This document shows, piece by piece, positions 33,668-43,314 of a stretch of DNA of 43,314 nucleotides. The DNA lies in the NCBI RefSeq assembly GCF_001194135.2, contig NC_068985.1:84247579-84290892 (forward strand), in the 5' to 3' direction. This DNA is from Octopus bimaculoides (lineage: Eukaryota). Position numbers and translations under genes: made by a program. Under the pieces are notes generated by a model. That model worked only from the letters and a program-made list of their open reading frames with translations, searched no databases and had not been told where the DNA came from. Each line of letters begins with the position of its first letter. Positions within the stretch are counted from its first letter, which is position 1.

Positions 33668-35584
33668 TCTTGTGCTGGCATCATGGACATGTTTGGCTGC
33701 TATATCATCTCTTGTTTAAATAGGATTACCTTTGCCTGTCTTGTGTATATGAAATATCCAAACGTATTTACTGCTCAGGCCCAACATCCTCTTTCTCCAT
33801 TCCACTTCTAAGCACACACACACACACACACACATTCACCTTTTCTCTATCTATCTATACATATATTTATGTATGTGTTTGTGTGTAAGATATATAAGTG
33901 TTGTGTGGGGAGTGAAAGGAAGGAAGCTAGGATAAAGAAGGCTTTATTTTTCAGCTTGGACATAATTACACTGGCTAGTTGCATGTTGGTGCTCTGTGAT
34001 ATCAAGTGTGGGAGGTGGGGCAGTTGAGAGAAATAGAAACAGCCTATGGTGGTGCTGTTTTTGTTGTTGTTGTTGTTGTTGTTGGTGGTGGTGGTGTTTG
34101 GGTAATGGTCATATACTCTATCTGATTGTGATGGTGTGCTGGTATTTTTGGTGAGAGGTTGGTGTGATAGGAGGTGAATGGAGGTAAAATATTGGATGGG
34201 TTGGTAGCTCAGTTGGGTTGTTGTAGTGGTTGTGGTGATGGTGGTTGTGGTTGTGGTGGTGGTGTCTTGGATTGGATAAAGATAGAATTTGTGCATGGTT
34301 AAAAATCTCTTACATCAGGAAGTTGTCAGTTACTGTGTCTTAAACATTCACTGTCGCTACGACCGACCAACCCAACCAACCAGTGCCATCACTACCATCA
34401 TTACCAGCACCAACACCACTATTAGCACCACCATTCATACCACCCACATCATCGCTGCTACCAATGCAACTACCGGCTTCATCATCACCTCTGCCACCAC
34501 CATCATCATTGTCACCCCCCCACACACACACACTGCCAACACTCTCACCCATCATTTACAGCCACAACCATCAACACTAACAACATAACTTTGCAAGGAA
34601 AATTTCAGGTGTGAGGGTGGATAATATTGTTCCAGGTGGAAAGCAAGGAACACAAGGATAATGGTGCTGATGGTAGCCTAATGGTGACTATGGTGGTGGC
34701 AGCAGCAGTTTTGTTGTTGTTGTTGGGGTAGTGGTGGTGGTGATGGTGGTGGTGGTGGTGGTAATAGTTATATGGGGAGTTGAGGTGGGGGGGTTGTTGT
34801 TGGTTATCTTACTGACTGCCAGGCACTCTACCTGCCCCTTACCTTCACCTATTTACCAAAATACTAGCGCTTACCATCCTTCCTATTTCTTTTTCTATCC
34901 CCCCCTTCTCTCACCACCACCCCCATCTCTCTGTCTCTCTTTCCTTCTTTCTCTCATGCATCTCCACATTTGTTGTGTGTGAAGAAAGATATTGCGAGAA
35001 ACTCATCTTTTAACAAGGAATAATTTGGAGGGGGAGGGGGTGCAGGGAAGAAGAGGAAAGTAAACCTACAGCTAAAATAAAATATACATAACAACAATAA
35101 AAACAATAATAATAATAATAATAGTAATAATAATAATAATAATGGGAAAAAAATCTACCTTCAGATTCTCATATATTGTAATGCTACTGAAGGAAGTTAC
35201 ATTTTTGATGTGTTGCATAAACTAATACATTTGAATACGTGTATTGGCAGTGACTATAAAACATGCATGCATGACTTTGTAAAGTGGTGGTGGTGATGGT
35301 GGTGGTGGTATGGCAGAGGATAGATGTGTACCTATGTGCTTGTAGTGTGTACTTACATTTGTATTCTATACTTACGTGAGAATAAAGAGGAGAGACTAAC
35401 AAACTGCGTGTCTGTTTGTGTTAACATATGTGTATATGTATGTATGAATGCATGTATATATTTCTGTGTGTGTGTGTGTGTATATATAAATACAAAGACT
35501 CATGCACACATGCACACACTCAAATACATACACATATAGACAGTGAGAGTGAGAGAAAGAGGGAGAAGATGAAATGCCAAACAT

Positions 35585-35643
35585 ATCATCATCATCATCA
35601 TCATCGTTTAACGTCCGCTTTCCATGCTAGCATGGGTTGGACG
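35585..35643 (-). mobile_element. extreme 3' end of SINE family B (severely 5'-truncated)
   Basis: (ATC)n CGTTTAACGTCCGCTTTCCATGCTAGCATGGGTTGGACG is nearly the exact reverse complement of 11207-11264. Confidence 0.85.
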
Positions 35644-35871
35644 AAAATATATATATATATATATATATATATAAACACACACATACACACGCATCCGTGT
35701 ACACTACACTTCCACGAGTATTTGCATATTTTTGTGTTTATGTGTGCATGTGTGTATATGTGTATATACTCACACAGTCACACATATATATGTATGTATA
35801 TATAGATACCTAACCATGTAAATGCGCTTATGTATGTAAACATATACATATATATCTATATATATAGATAT

Positions 35872-35911
<40 letters not shown>

Positions 35912-36741
35912 GTATATTCTTATACATATTTGTATGTGCATGTATGTCTACATATATATTTATATATATATGTATGTATATATATATTTTTATTTGTATT
36001 TAAATGTGTGTCTGTGTCTCTGTGTATATATATATAGCTATATGTATATTTATATACATATATTTATTTGTATATATCTGTATATGTAAAACCATAAACA
36101 TCTAATATGTTCGTAGATCATGCCATCTTCTTTACATGTGAAATAACACACCAAGAGAGAGAGGGTGAGATGCAACAACGCCAGTGAAAAACTACTCCCT
36201 TTAAAGCTTTATGCCTTCGCCAGAGCCAAGCCAAACAGAACCAGCAAGAAACCTTTACATCTTCTGATAAACTGACATAAAGTTAACGATTACTTCACAT
36301 GGATTCATTTTGTCATGGGATACGCAACTATAGTTTGAAGGGAGATTTAATCCTAATCCTAATCCCAATCATAATCTTTCCACAATGATACATATACATA
36401 TACCTTCCGTTATTATCTGTTATAGGGGGATGATATAATACACTTTACTTTGTATCTATCTTAGATAAGATATATGGAAATATATCATCGAGGAAATTTT
36501 GACCAGTTCGTGTCAATATTATAGATATGTGTATAAATATGTATGTATATATTTGCGTGTGTGTGTGGGTGTGTAAGTGTGTATATATGTATATATATTT
36601 GTACATACATAAATATCTTTGTATAATGCATATATCATACCATACACACACGCACACTATGTACAAATGTATATATAGAGAGATAGTTACATGTGTATAT
36701 GTGTTTAACAATATATATATATATATATAAATTTATATATA

Positions 36742-36813
<72 letters not shown>

Positions 36814-38409
36814 NNNNNNNNNNNNNNNNNNNNNNNNNNNNNNNNNNNNNNNNNNNNNNNNNNNNNNNNNNNNNNNNNNNNNNNNNNNNNNNNNNNNNNN
36901 NNNNNNNNNNNNNNNNNNNNNNNNNNNNNNNNNNNNNNNNNNNNNNNNNNNNNNNNNNNNNNNNNNNNNNNNNNNNNNNNNNNNNNNNNNNNNNNNNNNN
37001 NNNNNNNNNNNNNNNNNNNNNNNNNNNNNNNNNNNNNNNNNNNNNNNNNNNNNNNNNNNNNNNNNNNNNNNNNNNNNNNNNNNNNNNNNNNNNNNNNNNN
37101 NNNNNNNNNNNNNNNNNNNNNNNNNNNNNNNNNNNNNNNNNNNNNNNNNNNNNNNNNNNNNNNNNNNNNNNNNNNNNNNNNNNNNNNNNNNNNNNNNNNN
37201 NNNNNNNNNNNNNNNNNNNNNNNNNNNNNNNNNNNNNNNNNNNNNNNNNNNNNNNNNNNNNNNNNNNNNNNNNNNNNNNNNNNNNNNNNNNNNNNNNNNN
37301 NNNNNNNNNNNNNNNNNNNNNNNNNNNNNNNNNNNNNNNNNNNNNNNNNNNNNNNNNNNNNNNNNNNNNNNNNNNNNNNNNNNNNNNNNNNNNNNNNNNN
37401 NNNNNNNNNNNNNNNNNNNNNNNNNNNNNNNNNNNNNNNNNNNNNNNNNNNNNNNNNNNNNNNNNNNNNNNNNNNNNNNNNNNNNNNNNNNNNNNNNNNN
37501 NNNNNNNNNNNNNNNNNNNNNNNNNNNNNNNNNNNNNNNNNNNNNNNNNNNNNNNNNNNNNNNNNNNNNNNNNNNNNNNNNNNNNNNNNNNNNNNNNNNN
37601 NNNNNNNNNNNNNNNNNNNNNNNNNNNNNNNNNNNNNNNNNNNNNNNNNNNNNNNNNNNNNNNNNNNNNNNNNNNGAGATTGATGATGACAGTGGTGGCA
37701 ACAGTGGCAGTGGTGGTGGTTAAAGAAATGGTAAAAATATGTCTTTCAAAAATAAGTAACTGTTAGGTTCTCCATCTATTAGAGATAAACCGAAGATTGC
37801 AAACCTGGAAAAGCAGACTGAAAAGTGACTATGAGAAAGATTAGATAGATAGATAGATAGAGAGAGGGGGGGAGAGAGAAAGAGAGGGTGCATGAGAGAA
37901 AGAAAGACAGAGAGAAAGAGTGAGAAAGCATGAGAGAAAGATATACAGAGACACAGCAAAAAGAAAGATACATAGCATGACAGAGAGAGAGACACACACA
38001 ACAAGAGAGAGACACACACACAAAGAGAGAGAGACACACACACAAAGAGAGAGAGACACACACACAAAGAGAGAGAGAGAGAGGCTAACTTTGATTGACT
38101 AGGTATTTCCCTTACAGTAAGTTTGTACTGAGTAACCAAAGCTGGATTTTTTTTTGATTTTTTTGTTTGTTTCTTTTTTTTCCTTCTTTCTGTTTTGTCA
38201 AAGAGAAAGAACTGCAACCACGCCAACTCTTTAACGTTTTGCATTTCGTGTCTTTGAGAACCAAACAAGGTTTTTATCATAAGTGAGTGAAGTTAGTCCA
38301 AACCAAAAATCTCAAAGATCCTTAGCTGTCATATTTCCACAGAGAACACTGACTTTGATGTCTGTGTTTAGAAAGCACAAATACACACACAGAACATTCC
38401 GTACATCTC

Positions 38410-38417
38410 TGTTTGTG

Positions 38418-38454
<37 letters not shown>

Positions 38455-38657
38455 TTATCTATCAGTCTGTCTGTCTGTCTGTCTATCTATCTGCCTGTCT
38501 GTCTGTCTGTCTATTTATTTATCTATCTATCTATCCATCCAGCCATCTATTCATCTATTTATCTATCTATCTATCTATCTGTCCATCCATCTCTCTATCT
38601 ATCTATCTATCTATCTATCTACCTAATCTATCTATCTATCTATCATTTATCTATCAT

Positions 38658-38701
<44 letters not shown>

Positions 38702-38750
38702 GTATCTATCTATCTATTGATCGACTGTCTATCCATCCATCCATCCTACC
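38410..38750. repeat. (TCTA)n/(TCTG)n/(TCCA)n compound tetranucleotide microsatellite
   Basis: Direct inspection. Confidence 0.95.
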
Positions 38751-39307
38751 TGCCTCTAACTTGCTCTCACATACACATGTTTACACACCCACAGGATCAT
38801 AGTATATAAAAATTACGTTTGTGTTAATGTTGATGTTGTTGTTGGTAGTTGTGGAAAATTGTTTGTTAAACAGAATTTCAAAGCAAGTCAAGTGGATGTC
38901 GTTCATGAAACAGCAAAATAAAAAATGAGAAAGGAAAAGCTAACAGAAATTGAAAGAAAGAGAAAAATAGACAAAAGAAATTGAAATTTTATATAAAATT
39001 ACAAGAGAAAGAGAAACTATATTAGAGTACATTATTCTCAGAAGAATATATACAGCAGTCACCCAATGGAAAATTATTGGTAACATGTCAAAAGACAAAC
39101 CAAATCTGCTTGTTTGGTTATTTTGTCCTCCATTATCAATAGACATGAACTGATATAAAATTCTTCTGTATGTATAAATGTGCATGTGTTTGTATGTGTT
39201 TAGATATATATATATACACAATATACACAATATACACACATGTGCATAAGTGCACTTCACTAGACTCATGGCCCTTGAATCAATATAACCTTACGGTCAA
39301 ATAATAC

Positions 39308-39394
<87 letters not shown>

Positions 39395-40269
39395 GTATAT
39401 ATTTATGTATGTATGTGTATCATATCTGTTCATCAGTTGTTGACTGGAGTTTGGCAGTTTTGGCAAGTGTAACAACACGACAGTATGCTAGTGTATTTAA
39501 AGTGAATTCTACCAGGGAAAGCTTTAATAAAGGCAGAACAGAACAAAACAACAAGACAGAGGACAATGTGTTTGTGGTACCATGGGATAAGAAGATAACA
39601 AGTGTACAAGAATCTCTGCAAATATTCAGAAACAAATTGTGTACAATAATTAAAGTTTTTCAACATCACAAATAGTATACGGAAGATAGTTGTTTTTGTA
39701 GTAGAGATCAAGAGAACAAATAGTAAACAGTTAGAGGTTTTTGACTGAAATGAATAAACAAAACAGCCAAATCAACGGTATTCATTTAACCAATGCAAAA
39801 TGAAAAGAAGTGGTTAAAAATTGGGTGTAAACCCTTCGTCAAAAAGAGATGAGAGAGGAGAAAGTGGAGATGAGGTGAGTGTTAGCATCAATGTAGTGAA
39901 AAAAAGAGAGTATGTGAGGATAGGAGAGTACGGGGGAAAAAAGAGCTAAACATTGTGTGATAAAAGAAATATCAGATATAGGGGATGGAGACAGAAAGAG
40001 AGAGAGAGAGAGAGAGAACAAGTTAAGAGATGAGGGAAGAGAGCTAGAGAGAAAGACATAAGAATGGCAAATGGGAGAAAGAGAGAGAGAGAGTGAAAGA
40101 GAAGAAAGAAGAAAAGATTGTATGAAGATGAGATGAGAAAATAGGGTGCAGAGAATATAAAGTAAACAAAGTTGATAATAAAGTCAGCATAGTATTGCAA
40201 ACAAAAAAAAAAAAGAATAAAACTAGAAAAGCACTTGGAGAGCGCAGACCTCCGCCAAACCAGCAGGAG

Positions 40270-40660
40270 CAACACTACAATGATGACGACGACCACGACG
40301 ACGACCACCACCACCACCACTACCACCATATCACAATCACCACCACAACTATCCTACCACTATCACCGCCACCACAACCACCAACATCATCATCAGCAAC
40401 ATTGTCATTGCTTCCACTTAAACCACACACACCGCCATCAACATTATCATGACGGTTACCTTGACAGTCACTTTCACCACCACAACCAATATAACCACTG
40501 CAATACCACCATCACACAACTAACACTATCATCAACGCCAATATTACCACCATCACCTCAGCATCACACATCACATCGCTCCTGTCACCATTATAACCAC
40601 CAATACTATTTCATCCTCCTTCCATACTTATCTCGACTATCATCATCATCAACACTGTCT
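40270..40660. repeat. (CAC/CAT/GAC)n trinucleotide low-complexity tract
   Basis: Source of the H/T/P-rich spurious ORFs 40195-40696. Confidence 0.85.
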
Positions 40661-40859
40661 CTGCTTTCACCACAATCGGTTTCTTTACGCTGTTGAAAAT
40701 CCATTATTTGATTCTCATAGGACCAAGATTGTTGCAGAATTTTGATTTGTCTACAAAATGGAACAGTTTAAGGATAGAAACCAGGTCTAAACACAATAGC
40801 TTATAGACATCCTCTGAATGTAGTTCTATATAAATCTTTAATAATTTTTTTATACTTAA

Positions 40860-41079
40860 GACCATCAGAAATGAGGTCAGAACAGTACAGAGAAGTATTT
40901 TTTATCACAGACAAATGAATTTTGGAAGGGGATCCTTGCAAGTCTACCAGATAGATGGAAGAGCATTGTAGAAAATGAAGGAGAGTATATTCTAGATTAA
41001 AAAAGAACTTTGTTTATCTTAATTTCAAAAAATAAAAGATTTATAAAAAAACTGCATTATTTATGGGATGACCCAAGTA
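40860..41079 (+). mobile_element. mariner transposon 3' end (transposase C-terminus and right TIR)
   Basis: 40917-41000 translates EFWKGILASLPDRWKSIVENEGEYILD*, matching the mariner C-terminal F..GI..L..RW......G.Y pattern; ends CATTATTTATGGGATGACCCAAGTA. Confidence 0.85.
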
Positions 41080-41189
41080 TAAAGGAGATCTGGCTGCTAT
41101 TTCTAGAAGGTCAAATGGCCACGTAAGAATGTTTCATTGGCTCAAGTGTGTGTGTATGTGTGTGTTAGTGTGTGTGTGTGTATGTGTAT

Positions 41190-41237
<48 letters not shown>

Positions 41238-41366
41238 ATGCTTAAATGTGTGTCATTGTATTTGACTTGTGGGTTTATGCGTTTGCAGAAGAACATATGC
41301 ATTTGTATAACATGTATTTCGAAGAATGTTCCTCTAAGTGTGTTGCCATGTATTTACATTTACCTG

Positions 41367-41534
41367 CAGGGCCATCTTAGCAGCTTTATTGGACCCTGAG
41401 CAAATCAATGCAGTGGGCCCTATAATACTTTTTATTGATAGCAATCTACAACATATATTGATCAGATCTGGACCCTTCGACCAGTGAAGACCCTGGGCCA
41501 CTGCCCAGTGTGCCCATGCCTCAAGATGGCCCTA
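41367..41534. mobile_element. small hAT-like MITE (CAGGGCC termini)
   Basis: CAGGGCCATCTT (41367-41378) is inverted with AAGATGGCCCTA (41523-41534); no direct TSD seen. Confidence 0.65.
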
Positions 41535-41641
41535 TGTAAATGTCTGAGTATATGACATTGCATGACCAAGTAGTTAAGGTGCAGACCCCTTAATCATAAG
41601 TTTGAGTGTTTGAGTTCTGGACCAGGTAGTGCATTATGTTT

Positions 41642-41872
41642 TTAACCCTTTTGATACTAACTCGACTGAAACCGCCTGGGGCTTTGTAGTACAAATGTCT
41701 TGTTTTCATAAGTTTTGAATTAAAATCTTCCACCAAACCTTAGTTACAATTTATGTTCCTAACACTAGCTTAATGATAACTAAGTTATTTTTTAAAATTC
41801 TTTGTCATATTTAACATTAATTGAAAGAAACACAGAGTATCTCAAAATAAATCCGGTAACGAAAAGCATTAA
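41642..41872. mobile_element. piggyBac-like MITE flanked by TTAA
   Basis: TTAA-CCCTTTTGATAC ... GGTAACGAAAAGCA-TTAA; homologous to 22357-22622. Confidence 0.8.
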
Positions 41873-42548
41873 ACAAGGCACACCAATTTTCACACTGTTC
41901 CAATCTAATCAGCCAACACTGGATACCAACCTACTACTGGTGCAGCCCTCTCACCTTTGAGCTGACATATCCTCAATGTTCTGCTGGACCAAGGACAGGA
42001 AAACCAAGAGGCAGTCTCTGCCCAGTTGTGACTGTGTAGGCACAAGAAACAATTAGCAAAAGAATGGTACTTACTACCAAATATACATACTTGTAAGTGA
42101 TGGCTATACTGCTCTTCATATCAGTATGTTTGTATCTACGTGTGCTCGTGTGTGTGTATGTGTGCACATGAACACAAGTGCATATTTGTTTGTGTGCCTA
42201 CAAATGTGTGTGTGTATGAACGCACACACAAGTACATGTTTGTGTATGTTTGCGCGTGTGTGTGTATATATGTGTGTTTCTGAGTTCCGGAATCTGTGAA
42301 TGTGGCCATGCTTATTTTTGCATTTAATTTGAGTTTGTGTGTTTATCAGTAACAGTGTGTTTGGATCTGGGTGAATGCTTGTGTAGTGTGGTTGTGTGTT
42401 CAAACATATGCAGGTCAAGTATGTGTATAACGTATGTATGTTTCAATTTCTACATATGTGAAGCTTCATACATGTATGTTTGTATAATTATGTGTGTGTG
42501 TGTGTGTCTTGTGTATATATATATACATATGTGTGTGTGTAAATGTCT

Positions 42549-42671
42549 GGCCATGGTTAAGCAGATGAGGATTGGTGACAGGAAAGGCATCTGTCTGTAG
42601 AAAGTTCACTTCAGCAAATTCTCTGTGACCCATGCAAGCATGGAAAAGTGGATATTAAAGGGATGATGATG
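42549..42671 (+). mobile_element. SINE family B-variant 3' fragment
   Basis: GAGGATTGGTGACAGGAAAGGCATCTGTCTGTAGAAA..GACCCATGCAAGCATGGAAAAGTGGATATTAAA..GATGATGATG. Confidence 0.7.
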
Positions 42672-42684
42672 TTCATGTTTTTTC

Positions 42685-42723
<39 letters not shown>

Positions 42724-43314
42724 GACTTATATTCATACTTAAATATTATACATGCTTATATTTTTGGCTTCACCAGGGATAGAATATCGATGACTATATT
42801 TGTACTTTTTTGTTCTTTTATTTTTCCTGCCAGAAAAATAACAAAACATGAAACAATAATGCTGTTTTCCTATATCTCTTCAGAACATATTCAACTTAAG
42901 ATAACCTTGTTGCCATCAGAATTCTTCTTTGAGTGTTTTGTTTACCATTTCTATCTTGAAGAGATTCTAGGATGGGTTTGGAACAAGCTTTCCATTCTCT
43001 GATCTCTGATCATAGACATGGTAGATATTTAGATATTCTGTGTACTGTGAAAGCCTCAAGTTGTTAGTTCAATGGTGTCTCCTTTGTTCTAACAATGTGT
43101 GTTTGTGTATTTCTGCATGTATGTGTATATGTGTGTGTGCATATATATAGGAATGTATATGTATGAGTGAGTGTGTGCGTATGTGCATGCAAATATTTAT
43201 ATGTGTGTGTGTATATATATTCATATATATATATATATATATATGCACATATTTATATGTGTGTGTATATGTATATATATGTGCATATATATATGTATAT
43301 ATGTGGATATATTT

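Noticed and set aside
41870-42110. Possible RTE-LINE 3' remnants here and at 42770-43060
   Set aside because: Too degraded to read a diagnostic motif by eye; would need a repeat-library search.
72-43002. Most ORFs of the supplied six-frame track ([16 protein letters not shown], poly-X)
   Set aside because: They are translations of di/tri/tetranucleotide repeats or read through N gaps; no domain content.

Overview
AT-rich, repeat-dense animal genomic DNA from a draft assembly, with 13 N-gaps totalling about 4.9 kb. From recall of its abundant SINE families it is most likely an octopod cephalopod (Octopus); this is an inference, not a database match. No complete protein-coding gene, rRNA, true tRNA or CRISPR array is visible. 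Almost all ORFs in the supplied track are microsatellite translations ([12 protein letters not shown]) or read through N-runs. The window is a mosaic of at least five tRNA-derived SINE families (three copies with perfect 12-15 bp target-site duplications), three mariner remnants, a Tigger/pogo remnant split in-frame by a SINE, hAT-like and piggyBac-like MITEs, an L1/Tx1-type LINE remnant and many simple repeats. The best non-repeat signal is an 80-nt minus-strand exon candidate (12676-12755) with near-consensus splice sites and a Kozak ATG, so the window may be the 5' introns of a large minus-strand gene. Other leads are a six-copy TTCCTGGAAAGTTCCGAGGA motif array, a 22-pair hairpin in a repeat-poor island, an unclassified 1.35-kb insertion splitting a mariner at codon 3, and closely spaced inverted SINE pairs. 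I found no convincing novel multi-gene system.
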